From contig JAQGDQ010000119.1 in assembly GCA_030141605.1 (NCBI GenBank), forward strand, positions 124,001 through 188,000: a DNA stretch of 64,000 nt. The letters run 5' to 3'. The position numbers were made by a program, and so were the translations under genes. This document shows positions 49,115 to 63,555 of this stretch, one piece after another (position 1 is the stretch's first letter; each line of letters starts with the position of its first letter). Source of the DNA: Tubiluchus corallicola (taxonomy: Eukaryota > Animalia > Priapulida). The notes beneath the pieces were generated by a model, which saw only the letters and a list, made by a program, of their open reading frames with translations, was not told the DNA's origin and searched no databases.

Positions 49115-51003
49115 AGTATGTCATGGTATAAGTAAAATCCTTTGTGCCCATATAATCTGTTTACTGATGACTTACTCGGCCCTCGTTGCTATACAATTTT
49201 ATTGATTTCACCTCTGAGCTTTGGTATGTAAATAGTACTAAATAATGTTTATTCACCATTGCAATGATATGCTAATTTTACAAAGTGGATTGTTGTTCGG
49301 TTCGATATCTATAAATAACATTAGTAACAAACGTTTTTTATAATTTTTTACATACTGCAGGCCAAAATCCTGCACTCAGCAAAACATGTGGCAAGACTGG
49401 AGCCTAGATAATTATCAACGATGTCCTCTAAGATGAGCCACTGATTCAGCAGACGAGGTGTTCTAAAAAAATTAATCTGGTGTTAGGAAACTTTTTTGGG
49501 CACAATTATAAGATGATGCACATTTTACCAACTAGAAAAATTGAGTTTATTTGTTTGCTACAAGCAATTTATTTATTATCTATTAATTAAAAGTGGAAGT
49601 GGTGCTGACTAGCATAGCAGTGTGGAAGTGGTGCTGACTAGCATAGCAGTCTCTAGTTTTTGCTGGGTTAGTTGCAGTGTTCGTCTTTCTTAAGGGCAGA
49701 TTTCCTTATATCAGAATTTCGCCTGCCCAATGCCTACTGAAGACATAATTGTTATTAGATGGTAAGTAAACTAAAAAAGTGTCCTGATTAAAGTTAATTT
49801 CATGTGTCCTGTTGCCCACATGTAATTTATTTTCTTAACATGTGTAAATAAGAATTTTTTATGATAAAAATGAATTTGACGTTCTAATGTCATTGTTGTG
49901 CACAGTTCATCGAAGCTTTTTATTATTTGAAACAAAACCGGACCCAATCTTGAGCTGTAGGTCAAAACAATCTACTCTTTAAAATATTGAAAGGAAACAT
50001 ACTATTTTTTCAAAGAATGACTTATGTGAAAGAATTATTACGACAAACACAATTTTTTCGATCATCAATTCTTCGCCATCATTTTCGAAACGTGTTCCTA
50101 AAAACAGGTGCTGTACCTTTCAGTTCAGATGCATTAGTTTGTGACAAACTGCACGTATTCGAGAGCTCATGTGTGAGCAGTGCAGTAAATTTGAAATTTG
50201 AATTTTTATCTTAAAACTTGCCTGGACCTGAATATCTTACAGTAGCACTGTACTTCAATTTTCGCAAACGCATGCAACATGCATGGAACATTTTTGTTGT
50301 TGAAAATTATGTTAGTTTGTGATGTCATTAATAGTTGGGCTTGCCCACCGTTAATTAAGTTTTTAATTTATAATTTAATTATCAGAAACGTTTGTGTGTG
50401 CTACAATTTCTAGCATGTTCAGACATTTACAATTTGTTAAGTAAAGGTTTGTATTAATTTTTTTTGTTGATCGATAAAATTCAGAATTTAAGGAACTTTT
50501 TTAATCATTACCTTGTACATAATATGTATGAATTATAAAATTGGTGATATTTGTATTTCGGCATGAAATTATTTTGTAATATTTGTATTTTGCTTTGTGC
50601 TTCATTGTAAAGTTTTTGTATAAAGTAAAAAACTTTTAATTCAGGTAAGTATTCCAGGTAAAACGTATAACACATTTCATTTTATTATACTTTGTGCAGC
50701 ATGATAACCCAGCTGGCAATACAAATTCGCATAAACCGTGGTACTTTTACAAAATCTCCACACACTACAAACAGTTTGTGCTGCAGAAGTCATATAACAA
50801 TCATTAACAATTCACACAATCCTCATGGGGATAAAGACAGCCTGTTCCTCAGTATCGGCATTAATTACATTCTTATTAATAATTAACGGAAACATTTAAC
50901 GTTTTGCAAAACTTAAAATAGTAACGATATATGGATACATTAATTCCGTAACATATATAATGTCTTACAAATATTGCACTTATTATCACAGATGTACTTC
51001 TTT

Positions 51004-54000
51004 TTACTTTCCTTTTCCTCTTCCTTTCTTTCCCTTTGCTTTTTTGTCTAATTCCTCGTCCAGTTCTCCAGATAAAAGTTTCTGTCTCTTTTTGCCAATA
51101 GGAGTTTTTGAGAACCAATTCTGTAACAATAGATTGCTAAACTTATCAACTTATAATAGTTCCATTTTTCCTCAGAAGGTGGCGCCAACAGGGGCGCATC
51201 AAGACTTTACGACGCCCTAGGCTCATAGTTCTGTCTCGCCCATATCTATTGTAAATTTTTGGTTATTTATGTAATGAACAGATTAAACAGTTATTTGTGG
51301 TGTATTAGGAACACTGTTAACCTAGTTTCTACGTGGTCATTATTAATTAAATGTATTTGCCCTAGGCTACGGCCTAGTTAGCCTATTGGTTAATACGCCC
51401 CTGGGTGCCATCTGCAAATGCTCGCGGTATAACTCACTATTTGCAAAAGCAATTATACGTATTGTTGTTTTACTGTAAAGTTAATATGAAGTTCAGAAGT
51501 GATGTACATGTATTAACTATGTGCATGTATTATCATTGCTTAACCCATTATGTAAGAAGGCAGCAATGGTTTAAGCAATGAGCAACATTTCAAACTTAGG
51601 AGGACCATTGTCGTATTGCCAGTGTTGGGTAGTAATGCATTACTGTAACTAAATTACTTTTATACTAATGAGTAATGTAACGCAGTTACTCTGCTTAGCC
51701 TTGTGATCAGACTAATCCTTACTTTTGCAGTAATGCTACTAAATCTGCATTAGTTATCTATTAAGATAAACATTTGAAACTTAAACTATTTTGACTGTTT
51801 AGACGTCTTCCTTTTGTTTATTTCTGCCACACAACGTCTGTATGCTCACAGCGTTTTATTACTGTGCTCAGGTAGTGACCTTATTTGACATTCAACAGTT
51901 TGATAGAAACTTCTACTACTGTAGTGGATTGTTTTATACACTCAATGCCAGTGGCATCTCGTGTATAGGTACTGTGGAACTGCAACACCCCCTTATTTTT
52001 ACTCAATATTATCGATAATATTTAATATGATAAGGCCTTTTTTCTTTAGTTCTTTCTTTATACTTGTGCAGAACCGGGGCATGTGAGTGTAGTACTGTTT
52101 GCTTCACAGCCCAGCACAGTGCGCTCCAGCAACACAGTGTTTAGCTGTTGTGTACATACGGCGACTGCGCACATGTCTGCACCCAGGTAGAGAAAGTACT
52201 GTCGCTCACACAGTTTGTCAGCTGTCACGTGCTTACCGTGAATGGATCAAGCTTGAACTCCGACAATTTAGACTATTAGTAAGCACAAAATATTTTTTTG
52301 TTTAGGATTTTATCAAGTTTATGTATAAACTTTCATATGTTTAATATACAAATTACAACATTAAAATTACATAATTTGTTTTACACAGTATTAATATTGC
52401 TTTTCAAAAGTAACAAACGTAACACTGAGTACGGCTTACTTTAAACGCTTCTTCTTCCTCTCGATATATCGGATCCATGCGTGCAAGCGGAGCTACGAAT
52501 TCTGATGTAATTAAAGGTTTCCGTTCTTGCTGCGCTAATCGCCGATCAGTCAAAACCTGGAAAATGCAATTTATGCGTTACTTATATTGATGTCAGATTT
52601 TCTGAATATTGTAGCCACTGTATTTTTCCTATTTTTTATATGCAGCTATTCCACAAGTGGACAATAAGTGGTACATTGTAAAGTTTTAGTTGTTCCGTCT
52701 TCACTGTAACATGAAGAATTAATCCCACTTGAACACCATACAACAAGACACGTGTCTTGTTCACTCCACAACCTGCTTAATTAAATCATTTTATGATTAA
52801 CAGATGGCACTACAATGTTATAATTATTAATAGCCTTCAGGCGTTAGGCTAATATGTTACATTGGATGCACAACCAAATTCTTCGTTTCCAAGATTTGAT
52901 CGCTCACACTTTAGAGACATTCTAACTAATAGTTAGCGTAAATAAATGAATATTTACGCTAAATATTGGGTGCACTTAAAATGCATTTTGTACGGGAAAG
53001 GGTAAACTACGCGAGTTACAAAAATAGTTCTTTAAAGAACTTCTACAATGCTGTAGTTCTACACAGCAATAACCATTTTGAATAAAAGATGAACCAAAAT
53101 AGGCCAATTCTTTGTTCCGTTTGAGACCTTAGTAATCTCAGTTAATTTAAAGCAAAACCGGACCCAATCTTAAACTGTAGGTTCAAACAATCTACTCTCT
53201 AAAATATTTAAAGGAAACATACAATTTTTTCAAAAATGACTTAAGTGAAAGAATTATTATCACACAACACAATTTCACGTTTGTGCCACTAGTTCTTCGC
53301 TGTTACATGCATTTCCCCATTCGCTAGTTTGACTGGCACTAGCGTCTACACCTCAGAAACATGCTGCACAAAAACAGGTGCTATAGCATTCAGTTCAGAG
53401 TTGCTCATTCGTGAAGTAATGCACACATTCGATAGCTCATGCATGAACATAGCAGTAAACTTACTATTTAAAATTTAAACTTATAATTTGCCAAGTCATT
53501 GTACACCACACTGATTGTTCTACAGCAGCTCTATACGTCAATTCTTACTTTCGCAAACACGCTCGTGGAACGTATGTGCTGTTGAAAATTGCTCATTTGT
53601 GATGTCATCACTAGTTGGGCTCATCACTAAGTTTTTAACATATTGTGTAATTATCAGAAATGCTTTGGCATTATTATACATGTTAAAGTGTATACTTTTT
53701 ACCGTGCTTGAAAATGGGGCAGGATGTGAAAAATCGTTCTGTTTTCCTTTAATAGACTCCTCTGGGTATACTCAGCAGCAATATAAGGTATTCTTGTCCT
53801 GTTAGGACATCTCATTATACCAAGTGCCTGAGGGCTTGTTTGGAGCAAACAGAAACGAGCAGATACCTGAGAGATGGCAAGTTTGATTTGTTGAGCGGTA
53901 TATCCGTCGGAAACCTTCGCTAGTGACGTCATGTCAAATGAAGGTTTAACACAACCGCCGCTTTTCTGAATAAAGTTTCGCCACATCACTAAACAAGACA

Positions 54001-57000
54001 AAATCTCAATCAAATACTTCATATCAACAATCATGTGAAAAACAAGATGGCTGATGTGCCTATAAACACTCAAAATTAAGTTACAACAGATCTTCGAATT
54101 AGTAACGTGACGTAAGTAGGGGTGAGCATCGAATGTTCGAATTTGATACGAACGAGTTTTATTAAGTTAGAATTCGATTTGAACCTAAAATTATACATTC
54201 AGACAATTCAACACTTTAGCCACATACATTCATTATCATTAAAATGTTTGAAACAGTATGCAATTAGCATGCTACAGTTTCTGTGCAAAATTTGCAGCAA
54301 CCTAATAGTGGTTTTACTGCAGAACAAAATCAAGTAGTATGCATTATCTTTGTAAGACCACTTTTTACTAAAGGTTTGAAAACTTGTTCGAAAATCTTTC
54401 AAACTCAAGTCGGATTCGAAATACCGAAATTCGGTTCGATTCGAATTCGAAAGTCGCAAATTCGATTCAAATTCGCTCTCTGGTAGAGAATGTTCGCCCC
54501 TAGACGTAAGGCACTTTTTCTGTTACCGCATTTAAGAAGGCAAGCCAAAGTATACAACAAAATACAGGACAGACTTATACGCCCGAAGAGCATTAGGATA
54601 GATGGTTAACATTGACACACAAACAAGACAGCTGCCTTTCTTCGCACAATACATGACCAAGTAGTCGAACAAAGCTGAGTAAAGCTGGGAGCAGGTTAGA
54701 AGGTCCTGTTAAGGTGGTATACATCCCGAAAAAATCCAGACACGAGTGGGATTTGAACCCAGTACCTCCAGATCAGCAGGCAAGTGCCACAATCACTCAG
54801 CCACAGCGCTGTTCCACAAAGGTGATGCTGTTTAACAATCAATTTCAGCTTACTGCCATCTAATGTAAGATACTCAACCCAAGTTATAAAGATGGTTCAA
54901 CTTTGATAGATTTTCATATCAATCACTGACATATATTTGCCAGTAACGTTTAACTACAGTAGGCACCGCTTAATAGACATACGGTGGGATGGAAATGACT
55001 GACTTAGTTACTGACTCAGTTAACCGACTGAATCTATTAGCTGATTCGGGTGCAGTATTACTGGTTTAGAACTATGAGTCATAGCTCTTTGGCTTGCTAT
55101 GCACAGAAGGCTGCAAAAGTCAGGTGTTTTCACTCTTCCTCTATTTTACAAAATTAACTCTATGTTCTAGATGCTCTGTGATATTTATTCTTGTAATCCG
55201 TGGCATAATGGCAACAGTTAACTGATTAAACGTTCTGTGAAAAGCAGTCAGAATTTCACAAGAAAACCACCAGTTAAATGACTACAAGTTTGGCTTCCAT
55301 AAATTTTTGAGCAACGAGGTTATTTGCAGCAAACCAGAAGGTGAGAGATTCGACTCTATGCTAACACATTAATACATGATAAACAAACCTGCTTACAAAC
55401 AAAACAGTATTTAATGTGATTGTTTTTGTGTATGTTACAGTGCACAGGAGCGAGGCAAAGATGACATACATATAAAGTAGTAAAAACTCTGACCACACAC
55501 AAGGGTCTCATTTTAACTACCTGCAGCAAAAATTGAGTCAATTATGCTGAGTTATTTGAGTCAATTACTGGCGGTTTTTATGTACATTTGAATAGAAGCG
55601 GCCCATACCACACGTTTTTGAGTCAATTACCAGCGCTTTTTACATACATTTGGACAGAAGTGGCCCATACAAGACATTTTTAAGACAATTAATAAACAGG
55701 TTCTATTAACCTAGAGTCTAGTGAATGGCGCCCCCTGTATACATTTTGTATTCAACAGTACCGACTGTTTTATAAAACGATAACAATGCTAATAAACAAC
55801 TACTTTTCACTGGTGACTTATGGCAGTTTTAGACATCAAAAATTTACCAAAGCGAGTAGCATAATCGGGTCGCGGGATCATTATAATCTTTTGGTAGACG
55901 GATGTCAACGACTTGAGCTCGCTGTCGAAAGGAGCATCGGTCGTTCCGAGGAGCAAGATCCTGTCTTCTGGCAAGAGTCTCTTCATTAGCTTTGGCAGGT
56001 CCTTCTTCAATCGCTTAGGATCTGTCTGCAAGAACAGTTTTACGGCTGAAAACTGGTAAATCAATCAGATTTATACTTTTTTACTTTTATTTTTGTGCTA
56101 TAGATGGCATGCTCGTTTCACTAAGAACTGCATGTTCCTGCACAGCCATTAGCTAAATCATCAAAAGTACCTCAGTTTATGTAAGTTGAATACAAACATT
56201 AATAGACACTGATACCAAGGCTTAAACAGTGCTAGTATTAACATAGCACCCATTGTGCCCTGACATGTATTGATAAAAAAGATGAAATATTATAAGGCAT
56301 TATCCATTAAAGGAATAATTCCTTATGCTAGTGCAATGTCTCTCTATAATTTCCATAAAGTTTCTGCATTGGTGTTAATATTGTACCTGTTGTGAAAAAA
56401 TAATTGTGTGCTTGCAAACCAAAACCGTCCATAGGTTGGCATACTTAAATCTATGTTACGGTGCTTCAAAGTAGAATACACCAAAAATTTGGTCAAATGC
56501 CAATTTTTTTAATGAAAACAAATGCTAAATATACTGCACTTTTATATTCTAGCATCAAATTATCAAGAAAAGGTCCAAAAAATGCTAAAAATTTAATTTT
56601 ATAACTCCTTACACACTTTCCTGTCTAGAAACTAGTACTACAATTATAAAAAACAATTTTCAAACTATTTTCAAACTCCGTTTGTAGCTCGTGGAAGCAG
56701 CCATTTTGCTTCGGGTTTTTTCTGTTGACAAAACCAGATTTTCGTCAGGAAGAGCCATCTACTGGATTTAGATGTAACTTCAATCTGCTCTTGTAAAATC
56801 CATAGCAACCCTACTTTCGTACGGTTGCTAAGTGTTTCGTAGCAACACGACAAAAAACAATGGCTAACTTTAACAGTGATTTCCTCCAGATTATGTTTTT
56901 CAGTGTGCAGCCTGCACCTCAACTTCAACGTGAATTATCTCAGCTTAGAAATAACATAGAGTAATGAACTTGATATCAAAATGTTCCTCACGAAATGGAG

Positions 57001-60000
57001 ATTCAGGATATGAGAATAACTAGAAAGGCTTAATGCCGACTTGTGGATGATTTTGCAATGCAAGCACACAATTATTAATTGTGTTTCTGACAAAAAATAT
57101 TGATTTATAGCATCTTACGCTGTCTGTCTTTGGGACTTTTTTCAAAAATGTCGTCCCCGCATTTCCAATGTAAATGACCGACGGCTGATACAGTTTACCC
57201 ACCTGCAAAAAACACAGGAAAACTGAATTCAAAACTTGAACTAACAAAGAATTGATTATTCGATAGTTCATCCAACCCAAAAAGCAACAGCGTGATGTAA
57301 TATTAAAACAAAGCGCAGGAGTTATAATTACGCTCACACACCTTTTTTTAAATACCATCTACTTTGGGAATGCAAAAAAAGTTGGTGTTCAGAAAGTCTG
57401 GCGTGTTAATGAAATGTATTAATACATATATAAACATAGGTGCACTCATGTCTGTGCAATATGTCATATACAAACATGTCTTTGCAAACATAGGTGCACT
57501 CATATCTCGGTTTGCCAGACCTTGCTTTTACAGCAAAATCCGACAAAAGTTGGACCATTAAATGTTCCGCATATTAAGGACACAGTCCATTGTTTCGCGA
57601 GCTGACCACTAGGAGCTAGTTACTGTCACTTAGTTTATATCATTACATCAGTGCAACCAAGCAGCGTGTAACAACATGTGTGTAGCTTGTAAGTCAGGAG
57701 CTACCTGTTCTAGATGTTTGTGAGACAATTAGGCAATTGATTCTACATTACAGTGAGTCTAATACACGCCGCCTACTGTATTAGCTTAGTATCGACAAAT
57801 ACGGACAATCGGCAAATTCGGACCATCGTCTCCCCACTTTTGTCCAGCCAAACAAGATAAGAGCGTACATGTTGGTTTGTACATTCTTTTGTCAAAAATT
57901 TTGATATTAATTGAGGTTGGCACTATAAAGGGGAGGGGCGTTATAACAAGGTTTGATTCCATACAAACATTGTTAGTAATGCTAGGATTCAAAACATTGA
58001 AATCTACTACAGATCTTTTATTTCAAACAGACTGAATGTCCTTTTTCATATCGCTTGATAAATATTAAGAATAACTTCACTGTATTTTTTCAGATAATAA
58101 ATGCCCATATTAGCTTTTAAACTTAGCTTTGGTCATCAACACACCATCACTACTCGGCTATTCACCCACCAAAATGAAATTGTTTTGTTGATTGATATGC
58201 ATACTTTATAGACTAGATGCATCATCATTTCTAATCCCTTTTTCCCAGGATACTTCCCGACAATGTTGGAAGCTGTAAGATCAAACATGACAGCTCCAGT
58301 TTCTGTACAAATAATGTTAGCTAACATCCTTTTTCCAACGCCCTTTGGTCCGACTAATAATAAGGACTTGACGAGTGGTGCCCTCTCATGAACACTCTGA
58401 GAACCTAAAAAACACAATGTTATTAAAGTAAAGGAAGCATATAAAGTAATACAGGTATTCGTCTTAAGACCACAACCGGTTTGGGGCCGATTGGTCATAA
58501 GACAAATTAGTCATACAGTAAATCCCCTTTTAACGACGCTGAGCATTTGACACATTTTTCCCACTTAACGATGAACCGTTTCGTTTTAATGACGATTTTT
58601 TACTTTATTTACAGCTGTTTTTATTTTATCAACAACATTTTCTAGCTAATTTGAAGCATTGAAATGGCATGTATTGCATTATTCTGTTCTAAAAAAGCAT
58701 TAGTAATCTGATTAGTGCAATTATAATGTTTTTGCTTCCTGACTGACTATGTACTAAATTCTAGCTGTTTGTATCAAGTGAAATCCGAGTTTAAACTTTA
58801 TGCCAAGGAATTTTGTCTGTAACCTGTTTGCTATAACAACCATATGCTACATGAAATTGTCTCAAGGTTGCTCCATACAGATCTTGGCTTTCACTACCTA
58901 GTGTTTCACACGCAGTGTTTAAACGGGAGGAGAAATCGCTAGCAAGTCTAGGTAGATATTGATAAGAAAGATAGGTGGTTTTAAGCAAACAGAAAAAAAT
59001 TAATCAGTAGACATATGAATAAAACTCATAAAACGGATGGTGTATATGATTTAAGCAGCATTGATTTTCGCTTCTGGAACACATCGCAATTCGGTTACAT
59101 TACTTCCTATAGAAGTTTTGGCTTTGTTTAAAGACGTTTCACTTAACGTTGCGTTTTACTGGGACATATTGACGTCGTTAAGCAAGGACTTACTGTACTT
59201 TCAATCGGTGTACAGACACATAGTAAGACATTGTGTATGTAGGTGCACTAAGTATGGCGGCATCTTCAGATGACTTTGTTTCAACAGGTAGAAATTTAAA
59301 ATTAACTTGCTTAAAAATAGAAGGAAATATGAGTTGTAGTTGACTTTGCATAATTAATTAATTAAATTGCAGTCAGATCGTGAAGTTGAACAGACGTAAG
59401 TTGCGTAGGTCATAAGTCGACAACTATCTATACTGCAGTAAACATAACACTTAAGTATAAGTGACAATAATTGATATCTTTACTAAAATTTAATATTAAA
59501 TATCCTATATAAGGAGTCCTACAGCTCAGACCTTGGTAACAACAGCCAAGTGCCGGAGGAATTTTGCTGAATAGTTGGTTCACTATGGCTACTGACTGCC
59601 TGGTTGCTGGGTTGACTGACTTGCTGAATGACTCACTGAATGATTGGGCCAACTGACTGATTAACTAGCCGACTAGCTGGTCTTACTGCTTGACTGGTGG
59701 ATTAAAATGTTGATGGATTGTTGATGTTAGCTGATCAACTGATTAACTGGTTAACTGATTACGCAGTTCAATTTTCTACTGACTGGTAGATTGGCTGGCC
59801 AGTTGATTGGTTGGCTGGTTGGTTAAGTTACTGATGTGCTGACTGCCTGACTGCCTGTATAACTGAATGACAGACTCATTAGACCAATTAACAGATTTAA
59901 TCTTTAATCTGATGATTCATCGACTGCTTGGCAAACTGAATAAGTGAGAGAGTGACTGTTTGACTAATAAGTGAACTGACTGACTGACAGATTGACTACC

Positions 60001-63000
60001 TTTGACTAACAGAAACACAACACTGAAAAAGAATGACTCACTAAAATGCTAAATACAAAGCTAAAATTTTTAGATCAGCACAGAATCAAACATGCAACAA
60101 CTAGTTAAGCATTCCCTAGGTCCAATAATTAAAGCTTAGCTTACTAGACCAAATAACCTTAACACTGTCAGAGAATATAATCTCACCGAGGGGCAAAATG
60201 CCATATTCTGCGATAACACGTCTTATGTCTCCAAGAGATGGCGTCGGTTCAATATCTGCTTGCCTCAGCGTCGTGCCCAAGTAACTATATTCGCCTTGGT
60301 AAGTCCTCATGCGCACTCGAGGGAATTGCACAATGATGCCTGCACCAACCAGCTCTTGGTACAGAGACTCTGGCGTCCTAGGAAAAAACTGAGATTAGAA
60401 AGCGAGAAGAGCAGTTGAATCCTGTGAAGACAATATACAATATAATTTGTTAAACACTAACTAAAGTCAGCAATCTTATTGCTTCTAGAAAGAGAGTGAG
60501 AGAGAGAAAGAGGGAGGGAGAGAGAGAGAGAGAGAGAGAGGTACAGAGAAAGAGAGTGGAAATGAGGGAGAGAGAGAAAGAAAAGAAAAAGGTACATAAA
60601 CACAAGCAAACCAAATAAAAGAAGAGTTTCAGCTAAGACCTGCTAATCATGTTTCAATTATCAGAGTAAATTTTGACTGTTACTGTTAGTTAGTTACCGG
60701 TCTGGCGTGAGATCTTTATCTTTCCCTTTCTTCTTGCCCTTTCCTTTTCCACCTTTCTTTCCTTTGCCTCCCTTTTTCTTTCCTTTCCTTCCTTTGCCTC
60801 TTCTCCCTTTCTTGTCTTTTTCAACGGCCTAGAAAATTTTGAATTTTAACCAAAAAACGAAATTGCGTTGTTGCTAATTTTGATACAAAAGGCAAAATCA
60901 TAAAATACACACTGCAGAAGCACACCAGTCACATTAAAGTGTTCTAAATAAAGCTTCAAATTCTTTCACTAGGTGGCAGCACAGTGGCAACCTAACAAGA
61001 AGTGCACACTTTCCTCTCTTCACCATGTAACAGCTAGCATTATTACCTCCCATTTTTGTAATAAGTTCTGTAATCCATCAATCCTATTGCGTAAAAACTT
61101 GTCAATTGCACATCAGAACTGGACAATAGTACAGTAAGTCCTCGCTTAACGAATCCCCGCGACGTTTTGTTTTAACGACGCTGAACATTTGACACCTTTT
61201 TTCACTTAATGATGCACGTTTCATTTTAACGACGATTTTTTTACTTTGCTAAAAGCCAATTTTCATTTTATCAGCAACATTTTTACTTAATTTGAAGCAC
61301 TAAAATGGCACTTATTGCATTATTTTGTTTTAAAAATGCATTAGTAACGTAAACAGTGCAATTATTACACGTTTTTGCTTCCCGACTGACTATTATACTA
61401 GCCGCCGTTTCTATCAAGCAAGATGTGTGAACAAACTTTGTGAGAAGAAATTCTACCTACAACCTGTTCCCAAAGCAACGAGACTAAATAGTAAATAATA
61501 CAGTGTTCTGGTATAATCAAATTTCCAAGGTCACGTCATTCAGCACTTGGCTTTGACTCTGCAGTGTTTATTGTTTAATGGCTACCTAGTCTTAAACCTT
61601 AATGAAAGGGAAACCTTAGTAAGAAAGATAGGCGGTTTCAAGCAACCAGAAAAATTAATTAGTAGGAACCACGAAGAAACTCATAAAACATTAAATTTAC
61701 ATGATTTAAGCAGCATTAATTTTTGCCTCTGGCACGTATCTGAATTTCACGTTAATCTCCAGGGAAGTTTTGGTTTCGTTTAATGACGTTTCGCTTAACG
61801 TCGTGTTTTGCTGGAACGCATGAGTGTCGTTAAGCGAGGACTTACTGTAGTTACATAATGACAAGTTATTATGCTAATGATGTCGTTACAGTAGCAAAGA
61901 GATACTTAGCTGGTACAGGAAATTCTAGCTGTTACAGCTTCACGTAAGCAAACGAATATCGAAAAGTTTATACAACATTATAGCTACTGGTGACCAGTTT
62001 TTTTAATACATGTCATTCGGTTCCATTCCACTCAGGGCAAGTTTTAAGCAAATTACCTCCCAGCCAAGAGGGGGCACTGTCCCTGCGCTCGAGCGGAGGA
62101 TGCTATGATGAATAATGTGTCCAGTGCAGTTTCTTGATACTGTGAAGGCAGTGAAACTATTCAGTCTGTCCTCGTCTATCAACATTTCAAGTCTTTTACT
62201 GATCGTTTGTGTGTTTCTTTTGTCATTTCAATTTATCATTGTCATATATATAACACTATATGCATCAGTTAGAGTGCCATTCGATTCTAATTTTACTAAT
62301 TTGCAAACGATTTTCAAACCCTCAACACAAATTAAAACATACATACGGTCAACAATTTCAAAAGAAACTAAATAATTTGACAATGTTATCTATAAAAAAA
62401 TGACATTACAAAAACCATTAATTTTGAAATGATTTTGAAAGAATTTCTTGAATAAACAGCCAGAAAAGTCGGCTGTAGAAGGCCTAAGCGCAAACAGTAT
62501 GTCAGTAATCATCTTGATTTGTAATAATACATTAAAACTTTCATATAGGCTTTCAGATTTTAGTACATTGTGGCTAATGGTGGTGCCTTGAGCTTTTCTA
62601 GGGTAGAGGGCCCCACTAACAATTTTCTAATTAGGCCCCGCACTTCGTAGCACCAACACTGATTCCAGCAAGTGTTTGCATAAAATAATTTTATTAAAAA
62701 CAAACAAAGGAAATTAACCCTTTGACTATGGAAGGCGACACACTGCCACCTATGTTTTTCTTGTAAGGGACAGAAGGCGGTACACTGCAGTAAGGTCAGC
62801 AGTAAGCGCAGTTACCCAGGTCTGTTTATTTCACTGCTACGGCCATGCAAAACATAGTAGAAACGTTTAACAGCCATGTGATTGGGGTTGCTTTGCAATA
62901 AGTAACGCTAACCAGCCAATCAGCATTTGAAGCCAGGTGCATTCCACAATACTGTCCTGTATGGTATGTTACCTTGCAAAATTGCTTGTTGATAGTTGAT

Positions 63001-63555
63001 GAAACGTGTTTAGTCTTTTGTTCTGCATTCTTATAAAATAATTGTGTATTATGGATTAGTAATATGGACTTTTGTGTAAATTGGCTTCTAAATATAAGTA
63101 TGTGCTTATTTGTGTGGTGAAGGGGGCATGCGTGCATGTATGAGTGCATATATGTGTGTGCGAATGTGTGTGCATGTGTATAAATAAAACTAATATGCAA
63201 TGTTAGTGTTTAGTAACAAATGGCTATTTGCTTATTTACAAGATTCTGTTTTAGAAACATACCACAAGAAGTTATTGTCAACTGTGCAAAAGGCAATGCG
63301 GCCCTGTTAAAAAGCAACTACGTAGTGACAGGGCTAAGAAATAAAATTAAACTTCAGCAATTCTTTGTCTACGTATAAAATTTATGAAGAATAAAGAAAA
63401 ACATACAATAATGAGATTCATTAGTTCTTCTCGCATCAGTTCATCCACTTGAAGTCTGATTTCTGCCTCCACTTCAATCCGCTTGTCCTGTTTAACCAAC
63501 TCTGCGTCAAACTGTTGCACAAAATTGTTGGATTCGTCTCTAGATTCCCATATAA
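51004..63555 (-). CDS. IQCA1: IQ and AAA domain-containing protein 1 / dynein regulatory complex subunit DRC11-like, 3' nine exons (5' part outside window)
   Basis: Exons 63555-63407, 60828-60698, 60377-60187, 58404-58205, 57202-57119, 56025-55848, 53988-53867, 52556-52440, 51120-51004; all GT-AG with consistent phases. Motifs [16 protein letters not shown]-rich linker, [16 protein letters not shown], Walker [47 protein letters not shown]. Confidence 0.93.
51189..51403. mobile_element. hAT-like MITE (CAGGGGCGTA family) in the last IQCA1 intron
   Basis: Ends CAGGGGCGCAT / ATACGCCCCTG; TSD GGCGCCAA / GGTGCCAT. Confidence 0.75.
53151..53748 (+). mobile_element. Kolobok-like MITE, family 1, in an IQCA1 intron
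   Basis: TTAA|AGCAAAACCGG ... CTGTTTTCCT|TTAA. Confidence 0.8.
54117..54502. mobile_element. hAT-like TTCGAA-rich MITE (TAGGGGTGAGCA family)
   Basis: TIR TAGGGGTGAGCAT / ATGTTCGCCCCTA; perfect 8-bp TSD GACGTAAG. Confidence 0.85.
54738..54810 (-). mobile_element. tRNA-derived SINE-like head in an IQCA1 intron
   Basis: Minus strand A-box TGGCTGAGTGA and B-box GGTTCAAATCC, followed by a T6 run. Confidence 0.55.
56405..57070 (+). mobile_element. TIR MITE, same family as 27432-28087, in an IQCA1 intron
   Basis: Same TIRs and body; the ORF-track translations 27759-27947 and 56671-56928 are near-identical repeat artefacts. Confidence 0.8.
58516..59195. mobile_element. Tc1/mariner-superfamily (pogo-like) MITE, same family; third copy ~39229-40305 interrupted by a Kolobok-like element
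   Basis: TA|CAGTAAATCC ... GGACTTACTG|TA; internal homology to 61132-61847. Confidence 0.82.
59590..60010. repeat. degenerate (CTGA/TTGG)n tetranucleotide tract
   Basis: Read directly from the sequence. Confidence 0.75.
61132..61847. mobile_element. Tc1/mariner-superfamily (pogo-like) MITE
   Basis: Perfect TIR CAGTAAGTCCTCGCTTAACGA with a TA TSD. Confidence 0.88.
62718..63333 (+). mobile_element. piggyBac-like MITE; 5'-truncated copy at ~41128-41524
   Basis: TTAA|CCCTTTGACTA ... TAGTGACAGGG|CTAA; the second copy ends AAGGG|TTAA. Confidence 0.75.

Noticed and set aside
50876-51118. 80-aa basic [13 protein letters not shown]...
   Set aside because: Wrong-frame translation of the IQCA1 terminal exon (true frame [13 protein letters not shown]...).
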